A stretch of DNA of 64,000 nucleotides, taken from NCBI RefSeq assembly GCF_024298765.1, contig NZ_CP101210.1; one strand, given 5' to 3'. This stretch comes from Escherichia coli (GTDB lineage: Bacteria > Pseudomonadota > Gammaproteobacteria > Enterobacterales > Enterobacteriaceae). Below the pieces are notes generated by a model. The model did no database searches and was not told where the DNA came from. It saw only the letters and a list, made by a program, of their open reading frames with translations. The position numbers and the translations under genes were made by a program. Numbering within the stretch: the first letter of the stretch is position 1; every line of letters starts with the position of its first letter. Positions 30,550 to 43,775 of the stretch are shown in pieces.

Positions 30550-31911
30550 ATGTTTGATAATTTAACCGATCGTTTGTCGCGCACGCTGCGCAATATCAGT
30601 GGCCGTGGACGCCTCACTGAAGACAACGTAAAAGATACGCTGCGCGAAGTGCGCATGGCGCTGCTGGAGGCGGACGTCGCTCTGCCGGTAGTGCGTGAGT
30701 TTATCAATCGCGTAAAAGAGAAAGCGGTTGGTCATGAAGTTAATAAGAGCCTGACGCCGGGGCAGGAGTTCGTCAAAATCGTCCGTAACGAACTGGTTGC
30801 GGCGATGGGCGAAGAGAACCAGACCCTGAACCTGGCTGCGCAACCGCCTGCGGTCGTGCTGATGGCGGGCCTGCAAGGTGCCGGTAAAACAACCAGCGTT
30901 GGTAAACTCGGTAAGTTCCTGCGCGAGAAGCACAAGAAGAAAGTGCTGGTGGTTTCTGCCGACGTTTATCGCCCGGCGGCAATCAAACAGCTTGAGACGT
31001 TGGCAGAGCAGGTGGGCGTTGATTTCTTCCCTTCTGATGTTGGTCAGAAGCCGGTAGATATCGTTAACGCGGCGCTGAAAGAAGCCAAACTGAAATTCTA
31101 CGACGTGCTGCTGGTGGATACCGCTGGTCGTCTGCACGTTGACGAAGCGATGATGGACGAGATCAAACAAGTCCATGCGTCGATTAACCCGGTTGAAACC
31201 CTATTTGTGGTTGACGCCATGACCGGTCAGGATGCGGCCAATACGGCAAAAGCATTCAATGAAGCGTTACCGCTTACCGGCGTAGTGTTGACCAAAGTGG
31301 ACGGCGATGCCCGCGGCGGTGCGGCGCTCTCTATTCGTCACATCACTGGCAAACCGATCAAGTTCCTCGGTGTTGGCGAGAAAACTGAGGCGCTGGAGCC
31401 GTTCCATCCGGACCGCATCGCGTCGCGTATTCTCGGCATGGGCGACGTACTGTCACTGATCGAAGATATCGAAAGCAAAGTTGACCGCGCGCAGGCAGAG
31501 AAATTAGCCAGCAAGTTAAAAAAAGGCGACGGCTTCGATCTCAACGACTTCCTTGAGCAACTGCGCCAGATGAAAAATATGGGCGGCATGGCCAGCTTGA
31601 TGGGCAAACTGCCGGGCATGGGGCAGATCCCGGATAACGTCAAGTCGCAGATGGACGATAAAGTGCTGGTGCGTATGGAAGCCATCATCAACTCGATGAC
31701 GATGAAAGAGCGCGCTAAGCCAGAAATCATCAAAGGTTCGCGTAAACGCCGTATCGCTGCCGGTTGCGGTATGCAGGTGCAGGACGTTAACCGTCTTCTG
31801 AAACAGTTCGACGACATGCAGCGCATGATGAAGAAAATGAAGAAGGGCGGGATGGCGAAGATGATGAGAAGCATGAAGGGTATGATGCCGCCGGGATTTC
31901 CTGGTCGCTAA
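30550..31911 (+). CDS. ffh: Signal recognition particle protein Ffh
   Basis: 453 aa, GTPase motifs and methionine-rich C-terminal M domain. Confidence 0.95.
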   Translation: MFDNLTDRLSRTLRNISGRGRLTEDNVKDTLREVRMALLEADVALPVVREFINRVKEKAVGHEVNKSLTPGQEFVKIVRNELVAAMGEENQTLNLAAQPPAVVLMAGLQGAGKTTSVGKLGKFLREKHKKKVLVVSADVYRPAAIKQLETLAEQVGVDFFPSDVGQKPVDIVNAALKEAKLKFYDVLLVDTAGRLHVDEAMMDEIKQVHASINPVETLFVVDAMTGQDAANTAKAFNEALPLTGVVLTKVDGDARGGAALSIRHITGKPIKFLGVGEKTEALEPFHPDRIASRILGMGDVLSLIEDIESKVDRAQAEKLASKLKKGDGFDLNDFLEQLRQMKNMGGMASLMGKLPGMGQIPDNVKSQMDDKVLVRMEAIINSMTMKERAKPEIIKGSRKRRIAAGCGMQVQDVNRLLKQFDDMQRMMKKMKKGGMAKMMRSMKGMMPPGFPGR

Positions 31912-32081
31912 TCGGCCTGGCTTGTTTGCCATTTTGGCACCGGGGTGTGCTCGTCATCCTCACGTATTGCGTGTACGCTCCGGTGACTGCGCGCACTCCG
32001 GCACCAAACTGGCTGCACCGCCGACGGCCTTTTACAGCAGAGTTAGCAACTGTTGATTGCAATTTCTGCAAAAATGAGTAA

Positions 32082-32408
<327 letters not shown>

Positions 32409-32426
32409 TCTGTCACGGTGGTCATG

Positions 32427-32975
32427 ATGAGCAAACAACTCACCGCGCAAGCACCTGTTGATCCCATCGTTTTGGGAAAAATGGGTTCGTCTTACGGTAT
32501 TCGTGGGTGGCTCAGAGTGTTTTCTTCCACCGAAGACGCCGAAAGCATTTTTGACTATCAGCCCTGGTTTATCCAGAAGGCGGGTCAGTGGCAGCAAGTC
32601 CAGCTGGAAAGCTGGAAGCACCACAATCAGGACATGATCATCAAGCTGAAAGGCGTTGACGATCGTGATGCGGCGAACCTGCTGACGAATTGTGAAATTG
32701 TCGTGGATTCATCGCAGCTGCCTCAGCTTGAAGAGGGTGACTACTACTGGAAAGACCTGATGGGCTGCCAGGTAGTAACCACTGAAGGCTACGATCTCGG
32801 TAAAGTCGTCGATATGATGGAAACCGGATCTAATGACGTTCTCGTCATTAAGGCAAACCTGAAAGATGCGTTTGGTATCAAGGAACGTCTCGTACCGTTC
32901 CTCGATGGGCAGGTTATCAAGAAAGTCGATCTCACTACTCGTTCAATCGAAGTAGATTGGGATCCTGGTTTTTAA
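32427..32975 (+). CDS. rimM: Ribosome maturation factor RimM
   Basis: 182 aa from [10 protein letters not shown]. Confidence 0.95.
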
Positions 32976-33005
32976 ACCACCGGATAAACGGTAAAAGACG
33001 GCGCT

Positions 33006-33773
33006 ATGTGGATTGGCATAATTAGCCTGTTTCCTGAAATGTTCCGCGCAATTACCGATTACGGGGTAACTGGCCGGGCAGTTAAAAATGGCCTGCTGAG
33101 CATCCAGAGTTGGAGTCCTCGCGACTTCACGCATGACCGGCACCGTACCGTGGACGATCGTCCTTACGGCGGCGGACCGGGGATGTTAATGATGGTGCAA
33201 CCCTTGCGGGACGCCATTCATGCAGCAAAAGCCGCGGCGGGTGAAGGCGCAAAGGTGATTTATCTGTCACCACAGGGACGCAAGCTTGATCAAGCGGGCG
33301 TCAGCGAACTGGCAACGAATCAAAAATTGATTCTGGTGTGCGGTCGCTACGAAGGTATAGATGAGCGCGTGATCCAAACCGAAATTGACGAAGAATGGTC
33401 AATCGGCGATTACGTTCTCAGTGGTGGTGAGTTACCAGCAATGACGCTGATTGACTCCGTTTCCCGGTTTATTCCGGGAGTACTGGGACATGAAGCCTCG
33501 GCAACGGAAGATTCCTTTGCTGAAGGATTGCTGGATTGCCCGCACTATACGCGGCCTGAGGTGTTAGAAGGGATGGAAGTTCCGCCAGTGTTACTGTCGG
33601 GCAACCATGCCGAGATACGTCGCTGGCGTTTGAAACAGTCGCTGGGCCGTACCTGGCTTAGAAGACCTGAACTTCTGGAAAACCTGGCTCTGACTGAAGA
33701 GCAAGCAAGGTTGCTGGCGGAGTTCAAAACGGAACACGCACAACAGCAACATAAACATGATGGGATGGCGTAA
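33006..33773 (+). CDS. trmD: tRNA (guanine37-N1)-methyltransferase TrmD
   Basis: 255 aa, operon position after rimM. Confidence 0.95.
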
Positions 33774-33811
33774 GCCCCCGAGATATCAGTTTACCCAGGA
33801 TAAGAGATTAA

Positions 33812-34162
<351 letters not shown>

Positions 34163-34238
34163 GATTTCGCTTAAGCGACATCCTGTTAAGAAGGGCTGGC
34201 CAATTGGCTGGCCCTTTTTTTGTCTGTTTGCTCGTGTT

Positions 34239-34721
34239 TTAAGGGGTTGTAATCACCACTGCGACGCGGCGGTTCTCGGCGCGGCCCTGGGCGGTCTTGT
34301 TACTGGCTATGGGATATTTTTTTCCTAAACCCTGTGTGGTGAGATTGCTGCGTGGAATTTGTCCACCAATAGCCCATGCATCGGCCACGACATTCGCCCG
34401 TTTCAATGATAAGCCTTCGTTGTAACTGTCTTCACCATAGTTATCGGTGTGTCCATCCATACGGGCATGTGTTAGCCCTGTCGAGGCCAATTTGGCTGCC
34501 ATGGTTTGGATCTGTTGCTGGCTTTCCGGGAGCAATTTGTAGTCATTTTTTGCGAACAGAATGGCATCTGATAAGCCCAGCGACCAGTCGCCGGCGGATT
34601 CAGTAAATCCATAAGATTGCATAGCGGCGACTTGCTCAGGAGTAAACTTTCCCTGAGGGGACTGGCAGCCAGTCAGTATTAGCGAGGTGAAAATCAGGGG
34701 TGCTACCAGGTGCTTTATCAT
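34239..34721 (-). CDS. yfiB: OmpA-family lipoprotein YfiB (YfiBNR c-di-GMP module)
   Basis: 160 aa, lipobox LTGCQ, OmpA-like C-terminus. Confidence 0.9.
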   Translation of the reverse strand: MIKHLVAPLIFTSLILTGCQSPQGKFTPEQVAAMQSYGFTESAGDWSLGLSDAILFAKNDYKLLPESQQQIQTMAAKLASTGLTHARMDGHTDNYGEDSYNEGLSLKRANVVADAWAIGGQIPRSNLTTQGLGKKYPIASNKTAQGRAENRRVAVVITTP

Positions 34722-34736
34722 ATCGATATATCCTTG

Positions 34737-35963
34737 TTATCTCACCAGCTTTTCGGCACGCTGGTGTTTGGCCTGATACATATTGTGATCGGCAAGCTCT
34801 TGTAATTTTTCCGCAGAGGCGTGCTCAATGGTCATCGCGTAACCAATGCTTAATGTCATGGTGGTCTGATGGCCATTATGAAGATCAAACGGGAGATTAA
34901 AGATTTGTGTCAGTGCTGAGCATATCTGCTGCACTTCAGATTCCGACTGTACATCATAGAGCACCATAGCGAATTCATCGCCGCCCAGGCGGTATGCTTT
35001 ATGTCGCAGCCCGCCAAATTCAGCTAACCGTTTTGCGATTTCAATCAAGACTCTATCGCCCGTCGCATGACCCCAGGTATCATTGATATATTTGAAATTA
35101 TCGCCATCAAGAAATAGTAACGCCGACGTTTTTCGGGCGTCGGAACTGCTCATCAATGTGTTGATGCCGCTACGAAACGCTGCGCGGTTAGCCAGCCCGG
35201 TTAATGGGTCATGTAGCGCGGTACGCAGAAGCTGCGCATTTTTGGCCTGTAAACGAAGCTGCCACTCTTCCATTTCATCAAGCAGACTGTTGAAGTCGAG
35301 AGCGAAGCGGTGAAACTCAGCGATACGTTCTTCCGAAACTCGTCGGGAAAAATTGCGGTTGGAACGCACATCATGTACGACATCGGTGATATTTTTCAGT
35401 GCTTCCACCAGGCCATTGTGCAAATGGCGGGTGAGGGTAATTGCGATTCCTGATGCCAGCAGAATACAACCGGTCAGTACGGCGAGCGAAAACCAGATGA
35501 AATGGCTGATTGAACTGTCGCGAGCGGTTAAGCGTACTTCGCCAATGGTTTCGCCATTGTGACGAATCGGCTGAATGATGGGGGCAGGGAAGAGCCAGTG
35601 GCTTATGAAATTGCTGAAAGTATCGCCTGGATCCTTACGGGTGTAATGCCAGGATGCCAGAATATTTTGCTGCTTATCACGTACTTCTGCAGTTGAAAAT
35701 TGCCCTTGCTGGCCCAGCGCTGCCAGTGTTTCAGTTGCTGCAGGGCCATCGGCAAAAACGACCGCTGCTTCCAGACTGTAAGTCATTGTTGCTGCTGTCA
35801 GTGCCAGGTTTTTTTGCGCGTACTGTTTCAGGGTCAGCACCGAGGTCACGGAAAGCAGCAACCAGATCAGCATCATAGTGATAAATATGCTGGTCATACT
35901 GATGTTGCGTAATGCTCTTTTAAACGTGGGGCGCTTATTAAGAGAATTATCGTTATCCATCAT
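34737..35963 (-). CDS. dgcN: Diguanylate cyclase DgcN (YfiN)
   Basis: 408 aa, membrane N-terminus and GGDEF domain (RLGGDEF). Confidence 0.9.
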
Positions 35964-36471
35964 TTTTCTTCCGTGCGAGCATCAAGACATCCGGGTTGAC
36001 CTTTACACCGCTACGCGATAAGGCATCCAGGTTTACGGCAAATCTGACGTCATTATTGTGGATGATCAGACAAAAGGCGCTACCAATAATGCACTCGGTA
36101 TTTTGTTCGGCAATTAATAATAACGCCTTTGACGGATATTGTTCGGTTAATTCCATCTGGAATGTCGGTGACTCATTGCCAAAATAAAAACCATTGCAGC
36201 CTGAAATCATCGCCTCTTGTTGAGTGTGAATGATGACAGGCAGATAAGGCAAAGATGTCGCGGCATTCTCTTGTAGGGCGGTACTAAAACGTGAAGATGA
36301 AAAGATACATAACTTTGGTGGCCCTGATAGCGCAGGCCAGCGGGTGTAACTGACAATACCGGAAACCATCATACGCACGTTTTTCGCAACGTCAGAAGGC
36401 TCCTGAGCGAGTATTGGTGCTCCCGTCAGCAGGAGAATCAGAAGTAAGAACAGTCGGTGAGAAAAACGCAT
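35953..36471 (-). CDS. yfiR: Periplasmic repressor YfiR
   Basis: 172 aa with signal peptide; overlaps dgcN start. Confidence 0.9.
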
Positions 36472-36620
36472 TCAGGGATCCCCACCATCTTCGCTCGAAA
36501 TGCATCGATATTTTTTCAGAATGCTCATTAAAATATCATTTTTTCATGCGATCGTCATCATTGTGAGAAATAAAACATAATGAGTAAAATCTTATGTTTA
36601 ATTTATTTGTGGGGTTTTAA

Positions 36621-36986
36621 TTAATTTAATCGTATTGTGCTGGCATTTTCATCAGCCCCTTTTTGCCATACTTCATGCAGTTGGCTTGTATTTTCAACAT
36701 TGTTGCAGCTGGCAGGAAAGCTTTTACCGGAAAGTCCTCGGGCATAAGTAAAATCGGTCTGGCAAGTTTTCTTTTGTCCTTCGGCATATCCTTTAAGGTA
36801 TAGACCGCGATCCGCCTGTGAATCGCTAAATGCATCGTCATCTTTTATGGTGCTGCCCGATATCGCATCTTCCATACCGCCATCATACCAGTCGGTGCTG
36901 GTCAAGGTTGGCGCGTGAGTATAAGGATCAATCTGACATCCGCTAACCAGTAAAGCCAACAAGGGGGCAATAAACTTTTTCATCAT
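36621..36986 (-). CDS. yfiL: Lipoprotein YfiL
   Basis: Start at internal ATG giving MMKKFIAPLLALLVSGCQ lipoprotein signal. Confidence 0.75.
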   Translation of the reverse strand: MMKKFIAPLLALLVSGCQIDPYTHAPTLTSTDWYDGGMEDAISGSTIKDDDAFSDSQADRGLYLKGYAEGQKKTCQTDFTYARGLSGKSFPASCNNVENTSQLHEVWQKGADENASTIRLN

Positions 36987-37031
36987 TTCTTTCTCCTTTT
37001 TCAAAGCATAGCGGATTGTTTTCAAAGGTGG

Positions 37032-37124
37032 TGTAAATTTATTTATACATAAACAAGGGTTAAAAGCGCGAATAAATTGCTTGTGTAAAGAAAAATGTAC
37101 GAAATATGGATTGAAAACTTTACT
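37032..37124 (+). promoter_or_regulatory. aroF control region with three TyrR-box-like sites
   Basis: TGTAAATTTATTTATACA (37032..37049), TGTAAAGAAAAATGTACG (37084..37101), TGGATTGAAAACTTTACT (37107..37124) fit TGTAAA-N6-TTTACA. Confidence 0.5.
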
Positions 37125-37195
37125 TTATGTGTTATCGTTACGTCATCCTCGCTGAGGATCAACTATCGCAAACGAGCATAAACAGGATCGCCATC

Positions 37196-38266
37196 ATGCA
37201 AAAAGACGCGCTGAATAACGTACATATTACCGACGAACAAGTTTTAATGACTCCGGAACAACTGAAGGCCGCTTTTCCATTAAGCCTGCAACAGGAAGCC
37301 CAGATTGCTGACTCGCGTAAAACCATTTCAGATATTATCGCCGGGCGCGATCCTCGTCTGTTGGTAGTCTGTGGTCCTTGTTCCATTCATGATCCGGAAA
37401 CTGCTCTGGAATATGCTCGTCGATTTAAAGCCCTTGCCGCAGAGGTCAGCGATAGCCTCTATCTGGTAATGCGCGTCTATTTTGAAAAACCCCGTACCAC
37501 TGTCGGTTGGAAAGGGTTGATTAACGATCCCCATATGGATGGCTCTTTTGATGTAGAAGCCGGGCTGCAGATCGCGCGTAAATTGCTGCTTGAGCTGGTG
37601 AATATGGGACTGCCACTGGCGACGGAAGCGTTAGATCCTAATAGCCCGCAATACCTGGGCGATCTGTTTAGCTGGTCAGCAATTGGTGCTCGTACAACGG
37701 AATCGCAAACACACCGTGAAATGGCCTCCGGGCTTTCCATGCCGGTTGGTTTTAAAAACGGCACCGACGGCAGCCTTGCAACGGCTATTAACGCTATGCG
37801 TGCCGCCGCCCAGCCGCACCGTTTTGTTGGCATTAACCAGGCAGGGCAGGTGGCGTTGCTACAAACTCAGGGGAATCCGGACGGGCATGTGATCCTGCGC
37901 GGTGGTAAAGCGCCGAACTATAGCCCTGCGGATGTTGCGCAATGTGAAAAAGAGATGGAACAGGCGGGACTGCGCCCGTCTCTGATGGTAGATTGCAGCC
38001 ACGGTAATTCCAATAAAGATTATCGCCGTCAGCCTGCGGTGGCAGAATCCGTGGTTGCTCAAATCAAAGATGGCAATCGCTCAATTATTGGTCTGATGAT
38101 CGAAAGTAATATCCACGAGGGCAATCAGTCTTCCGAGCAACCGCGCAGTGAAATGAAATACGGTGTATCCGTAACCGATGCCTGCATTAGCTGGGAAATG
38201 ACCGATGCCTTGCTGCGTGAAATTCATCAGGATCTGAACGGGCAGCTGACGGCTCGCGTGGCTTAA
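37196..38266 (+). CDS. aroF: DAHP synthase, Tyr-sensitive (AroF)
   Basis: 356 aa from [15 protein letters not shown]. Confidence 0.95.
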   Translation: MQKDALNNVHITDEQVLMTPEQLKAAFPLSLQQEAQIADSRKTISDIIAGRDPRLLVVCGPCSIHDPETALEYARRFKALAAEVSDSLYLVMRVYFEKPRTTVGWKGLINDPHMDGSFDVEAGLQIARKLLLELVNMGLPLATEALDPNSPQYLGDLFSWSAIGARTTESQTHREMASGLSMPVGFKNGTDGSLATAINAMRAAAQPHRFVGINQAGQVALLQTQGNPDGHVILRGGKAPNYSPADVAQCEKEMEQAGLRPSLMVDCSHGNSNKDYRRQPAVAESVVAQIKDGNRSIIGLMIESNIHEGNQSSEQPRSEMKYGVSVTDACISWEMTDALLREIHQDLNGQLTARVA

Positions 38267-38276
38267 GAGGTTTATT

Positions 38277-39398
38277 ATGGTTGCTGAATTGACCGCATTA
38301 CGCGATCAAATTGATGAAGTCGATAAAGCGCTGCTGAATTTATTAGCGAAGCGTCTGGAACTGGTTGCTGAAGTGGGCGAGGTGAAAAGCCGCTTTGGAC
38401 TGCCTATTTATGTTCCGGAGCGCGAGGCATCTATATTGGCCTCGCGTCGTGCAGAGGCGGAAGCTCTGGGTGTACCGCCAGATCTGATTGAGGATGTTTT
38501 GCGTCGGGTGATGCGTGAATCTTACTCCAGTGAAAACGACAAAGGATTTAAAACGCTTTGTCCGTCACTGCGCCCGGTGGTTATCGTCGGCGGTGGCGGT
38601 CAGATGGGACGCCTGTTCGAGAAGATGCTGACACTATCGGGTTATCAGGTGCGGATTCTGGAGCAACATGACTGGGATCGAGCGGCTGAGATAGTTGCCG
38701 ATGCCGGAATGGTGATTGTTAGTGTGCCCATCCACGTTACTGAACAAGTTATTGGCAAATTACCGCCTTTACCGAAAGATTGTATTCTGGTCGATCTGGC
38801 ATCGGTGAAAAATGGACCATTACAGGCCATGCTGGCGGCGCATGATGGTCCGGTGCTGGGGTTACACCCGATGTTCGGCCCGGACAGCGGTAGCCTGGCA
38901 AAACAAGTTGTGGTCTGGTGTGATGGACGTAAGCCGGAAGCATACCAATGGTTTCTGGAGCAAATTCAGGTCTGGGGCGCTCGGCTGCATCGTATTAGCG
39001 CTGTCGAGCACGATCAGAATATGGCGTTTATTCAGGCACTGCGCCACTTTGCTACTTTTGCTTATGGGCTGCACCTGGCAGAAGAAAATGTTCAGCTTGA
39101 GCAACTTCTGGCGCTTTCTTCGCCGATTTACCGCCTTGAGCTGGCGATGGTTGGGCGACTGTTTGCCCAGGATCCGCAACTGTATGCCGACATTATTATG
39201 TCGTCAGAGCGTAATCTGGCGTTAATCAAACGTTACTATAAGCGTTTCGGCGAGGCGATTGAGTTGCTGGAGCAGGGCGATAAGCAGGCGTTTATTGACA
39301 GTTTCCGCAAGGTGGAGCACTGGTTCGGCGATTACGCACAGCGTTTTCAGAGTGAAAGCCGCGTGTTATTGCGTCAGGCGAATGACAACCGTCACTAA
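38277..39398 (+). CDS. tyrA: Chorismate mutase / prephenate dehydrogenase (TyrA)
   Basis: 373 aa. Confidence 0.95.
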   Translation: MVAELTALRDQIDEVDKALLNLLAKRLELVAEVGEVKSRFGLPIYVPEREASILASRRAEAEALGVPPDLIEDVLRRVMRESYSSENDKGFKTLCPSLRPVVIVGGGGQMGRLFEKMLTLSGYQVRILEQHDWDRAAEIVADAGMVIVSVPIHVTEQVIGKLPPLPKDCILVDLASVKNGPLQAMLAAHDGPVLGLHPMFGPDSGSLAKQVVVWCDGRKPEAYQWFLEQIQVWGARLHRISAVEHDQNMAFIQALRHFATFAYGLHLAEENVQLEQLLALSSPIYRLELAMVGRLFAQDPQLYADIIMSSERNLALIKRYYKRFGEAIELLEQGDKQAFIDSFRKVEHWFGDYAQRFQSESRVLLRQANDNRH

Positions 39399-39440
39399 TA
39401 ATCCAGTGCCGGGTGATTCACATCATCCGGCACCTTTTCA

Positions 39441-40601
39441 TCAGGTTGGATCAACAGGCACTACGTTCTCACTTGGGTAACAGCCCAATACCTTCATCGA
39501 ACGGGTGATGTCCCCTAACTCTTTCAATGCTTTTTGCATTTCCGCTGATTCAAGATTGGCCTGAATATCCAGATAAAACATCTCTTCCCATGGATTACCG
39601 TGAATCGGGCGTGACTCCAGACGGGTCATAATCAGATTGTGGTTGCGCAGTACCAGCAACGCTTCAACCAGCGCACCAGCTTGTTGCCCGGTCGCCATTA
39701 ACAACGTCGTTTTCGCTGGAACCTGGTCAGACACGTTAATGGCTTTACGTGCCAACACTACAAATCGGGTGAAGTTTTGTCGCTGATTCGCTTCAATACG
39801 CTCCAGTACCTGCAAACCGTACAAAGTGCCGCCAGCTTCGCTTCCCAACGCAGCAACATGCGGTGATTTTGCCTGTGCAACCTTTTCCATTGCCGCAGAC
39901 GTACTTTCGGTATATTCAATCTTCCATTGCGGATAACGATTAAGGAATTTGCTGCATTGCTGGAATGGCTGCGGATGGCTGTAGACCGTATTGATGGTGG
40001 ATAAATCAGTAGTGCCGGAGACCAACAAACAATGGTCGATAGTTAACGTCATCTCGCCAACAATCGACAAACTGGTATGTTGCAGCAGATCGTAAACGTC
40101 ATTTATGGCACCGGAGCTGGTATTTTCAATCGGTACGACGGCATAGTCGGCCTGGCCGGTTTCCACCTGATTAAAAATATCGGCAAATTTGGCGCAGCCA
40201 CTTTCAATGAATTGCTCAAAGTGACGGGCAGCATACTGGCGCGCCGCAAGATGGGAATAAGAACCTTTGGGGCCGAGAAAAGCGATGCGTGCTGAGTGCG
40301 GATTAATTTTATTGAGATGTTGCTGGAGCAAAGCCTGCTGAGTTAATACGGAATCTTCAATGATGAGCTGGAACAGGCGAGTAATGTAATGGGCGTCCAG
40401 ATGGTGCGCTTTACCGAGCGTAATTAATCTTTCCAGCAAATCGCGTTCACGATCAATATCACGTACCGGGCGATGCGAGAGCAGTTTGGCTTTTCCCACC
40501 TCGACGGCCAGTTCGCGTCGCTCTGCCAGTAATGCTAATAATTTTTCATCCAGCGCGCTGATTTTCTCTCGCAGCGCCAGTAACGGGTTTTCCGATGTCA
40601 T
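39441..40601 (-). CDS. pheA: Chorismate mutase / prephenate dehydratase (PheA)
   Basis: 386 aa. Confidence 0.95.
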   Translation of the reverse strand: MTSENPLLALREKISALDEKLLALLAERRELAVEVGKAKLLSHRPVRDIDRERDLLERLITLGKAHHLDAHYITRLFQLIIEDSVLTQQALLQQHLNKINPHSARIAFLGPKGSYSHLAARQYAARHFEQFIESGCAKFADIFNQVETGQADYAVVPIENTSSGAINDVYDLLQHTSLSIVGEMTLTIDHCLLVSGTTDLSTINTVYSHPQPFQQCSKFLNRYPQWKIEYTESTSAAMEKVAQAKSPHVAALGSEAGGTLYGLQVLERIEANQRQNFTRFVVLARKAINVSDQVPAKTTLLMATGQQAGALVEALLVLRNHNLIMTRLESRPIHGNPWEEMFYLDIQANLESAEMQKALKELGDITRSMKVLGCYPSENVVPVDPT

Positions 40602-40620
40602 AGTGTTGCCTTTTTGTTAT

Positions 40621-40651
40621 CAATAAAAAAGGCCCCCCGATTTGGGAGGCC
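40621..40651 (-). promoter_or_regulatory. pheA attenuator terminator hairpin
   Basis: GGCCTCCCAAATCGGGGGGCC followed by U-run on the minus strand, between pheL and pheA. Confidence 0.6.
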
Positions 40652-40699
40652 TTATTGTTCGTCTTCGCATTCTGTTTCACACGACGAAACGCCTCCCAT

Positions 40700-40747
40700 T
40701 CAGGGGAAGGTAAAAAAGAATGCGAAGAAAAACGGTGTGTGTTTCAT
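40700..40747 (-). CDS. pheL: pheA leader peptide, MKHTPFFFAFFFTFP
   Basis: 15-codon Phe-rich ORF (7 Phe) directly upstream of the attenuator. Confidence 0.8.
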   Translation of the reverse strand: MKHTPFFFAFFFTFP

Positions 40748-40850
40748 GTTTGTTTCCTTAAGTGACTTTAGTACAGTACCCGTACTGTTTTCACGCTGTC
40801 AACAAAAAACGCGCCCGAAGGCGCGTTGGCGATACACTCAATATAAAGGA

Positions 40851-41246
<396 letters not shown>

Positions 41247-41439
41247 TCAAAATGTGTGATGGAAATCTCATAATTTTGTCACTTTTTGTCAACGAATCTT
41301 TTTTGTGAGAAATCGCAGGAAGAGGTGTTTTTTTACTTGAGGAATATCTCAAAGCGAGCCATATTTGATGAGATCGATAGTGACTAAATCGCTTCAGTTT
41401 CACAACTAACAGAATAAAAAAACGGCAGCTCAAGGGCTG

Positions 41440-42866
41440 TAATGCCGATCAGTTAAGCAACTGACTGGCTCTTTTTCGGGGCTGTGGGGTATTTCCAGGG
41501 CCTCTCCTTTACCACTCTCGGGAAGGCCCTTTCCCTTCTTGTCGGTAATTTCACAAGTTGTCCCATACTTGCAAGATCGCGCATCAGCTCCGGTATACGT
41601 CCCGGTGAAGCGCCCTGCAATGTCATCAGCATTCTCATCACCATTCCGCATGATTCTGAGAAACTCAGTTGATTCGGCCAGTAACCTTTCAGATGTTCCG
41701 CCATTTTAATCATCTGATATCTCACCAGATTATAAGCCAGTAAGACACCCCACAGCTCTTGCTCCACAAGCTCCGGCTTTTTACTTCTCAGCGTCAGCCT
41801 GCTCAGTTGCATCGTCTGTTTTATCTCCCTGTATCCCAGTTCGATTTCCCAGCGATGACTGTACAGATCCGCCATTTCTCCTCCGGGGAAGCGCATGGCG
41901 TCCGTCATCGACGTCAGCAGATGGCAGACTTTTCCTTTGCGCGTCACGGTCAGCAGGCGGGCTGTCACTTCATTTCCCAGTCCCGGCCACTTTTTTCGTG
42001 CCTGCGGGCTGGTTTTCAGCTTCACCAGATGATCGCCTTTACCCAGTTTTCTGATCTCTTCATATTGCGCTCCCTTTCTGAGAGGTATCATCCAGTGGCG
42101 GTGTTCTCCCGCCAGGCTCCAGGCATTTAACAGTCCCAGTGAGTAATAACCTTTATCCATTAACGTCAGAGTGTTATCGCCGGTTTGTTCTATAAGTTGC
42201 TCAGCAAGCTCATTTTCGCTGTTCTTCATCGTGCCGAAGGCTGCAGCCGTCAGCAGATGGCTGGTCAGTTCCATCTGGCAGACCATTTTGACCTGCGGGT
42301 AGAGCGCCGGGTTCCCGTCATGTGTCTGGCGGGGGAAGGCTGCATCGTTCTCTGGTGTATCCGGTGTGCGCCAGAACACACCATCGATGGCCAGCAGGGT
42401 CAGGCCGCACCAGTGCGGATGCGGCGTGGCGTTATGCCAGAGCTGCGCTGTTTTCGTGAACACGCGGCGGACAGCCTCACTTCCCAGGCGCTGGCGGGCC
42501 TGAATAACGGCACTGGGGGGCAACGAAGGGGCGATTGCCCGGCAGCATGATGTCCAGGCGATTCACAATCTGGTGAAGAGGTTCTTTACGCTCAAGCGCC
42601 ATGCCAACAATACACCAGACCATCATTTCGAGGGGAAGACGGCGCTTGCGTAGCGTTACAGTACCTGATTCGGCAAGGCAACGAGAGATGAGTTCGGGGT
42701 CGAGGTAATCCCCCAGAGAAGTCAGTGGGTTACGCAGAGAATCGTAACGGGATACCAGATCAAGAGCCTGTCCAATGTGCATAAAAAAATCCGGAAACAA
42801 GTGAGCGTTTCCGGATTCTTACACAGCCACTGGATCGGTCAACTGATCCTTAACTGATCGGCATTA
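41440..42866 (-). mobile_element. IS4 insertion sequence (1427 bp) with perfect 18-bp terminal inverted repeats
   Basis: TAATGCCGATCAGTTAAG at 41440..41457 and its reverse complement at 42849..42866; flanked by direct repeat CAGCTCAAGGGCTG (41426..41439 and 42867..42880). Confidence 0.85.
41453..42800 (-). pseudogene. insG: IS4 transposase, interrupted by a frameshift near 42515..42520
   Basis: Two overlapping ORFs (42477..42800 and 41453..42523) together match IS4 transposase; a six-C run on the coding strand (six G at 42515..42520) puts the N-terminal 107 aa out of frame. Confidence 0.8.
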
Positions 42867-42903
42867 CAGCTCAAGGGCTGCCGTTTTGTGTTTCAGGTTT
42901 CTG

Positions 42904-43641
42904 TTATGTATTGCTGCTGTTTGCGGCGATGATTTTCGCTACTTTTTCAGCTTGCGCATTCAACTGCATCTGACGGTATGCATTTTCCATCAGCGGCAGC
43001 GCATCACGCGTAGCCTGGGTATCCGGGTAGTCGCGCAACATGCCTTCTACGCGGTTAACGACGGCAACCCATGCACCACGTTCTGTATAGTACTCGGCAA
43101 CGGAGTATTCATATTTCGCCAGACGATCTTTCAGGAATACCAGACGTTTGGTGGCATCGGTGGTGTACTGACTGTTCGGATAGCCGCGCACCAGTTTGGA
43201 AAAGTCACTAAACGCAGCTCGTGCATGTTGAGGATCGCGATCGCTACGGTCAACGCCAAAGAACCCTTGCAGCGCACTGTCATCCAGCGCCATATTGGTC
43301 AGGCCACGCATGTACATGACATAATCGATATTCGGATGGGTCGGGTTAAGGCGAATAAAACGATCGATGGCAGCCTGTGCTAACGGCAAATCGGCGTTTT
43401 TATAGTAGGCGTAGATGAGATCCAGCTGCACCTGCTGCGAATACGGACCAAACGGATAGCGATTATCTAACGCTTCCAGTTGCGTTATTGCCTGTCTCCA
43501 GTTACCGTCCTGCAGCTTTTGTTGTGCAGTCGCGTAAATTTCATTTGGCGGATTATCAGGTACTTCTTCCTTTGACCCCGAGCAACCCGCCAAAAACAGG
43601 CTTAGTGTGGCGGCTGCCACCAGATATTTCATGCGCGTCAT
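42904..43641 (-). CDS. bamD: Outer membrane assembly lipoprotein BamD
   Basis: 245 aa, lipobox LAGCS. Confidence 0.95.
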   Translation of the reverse strand: MTRMKYLVAAATLSLFLAGCSGSKEEVPDNPPNEIYATAQQKLQDGNWRQAITQLEALDNRYPFGPYSQQVQLDLIYAYYKNADLPLAQAAIDRFIRLNPTHPNIDYVMYMRGLTNMALDDSALQGFFGVDRSDRDPQHARAAFSDFSKLVRGYPNSQYTTDATKRLVFLKDRLAKYEYSVAEYYTERGAWVAVVNRVEGMLRDYPDTQATRDALPLMENAYRQMQLNAQAEKVAKIIAANSSNT

Positions 43642-43775
43642 GACGTTTTGACTTTCCTCAAAATGTAATACGGGAGATTCTCTGTTCCTGCTCCCGGTTA
43701 AGACCAGCTACAATAGCACACTATATTAAACGGCAAAGCCGTAAAACCCCAACGATAAACGAAGAAGCAGTATAT

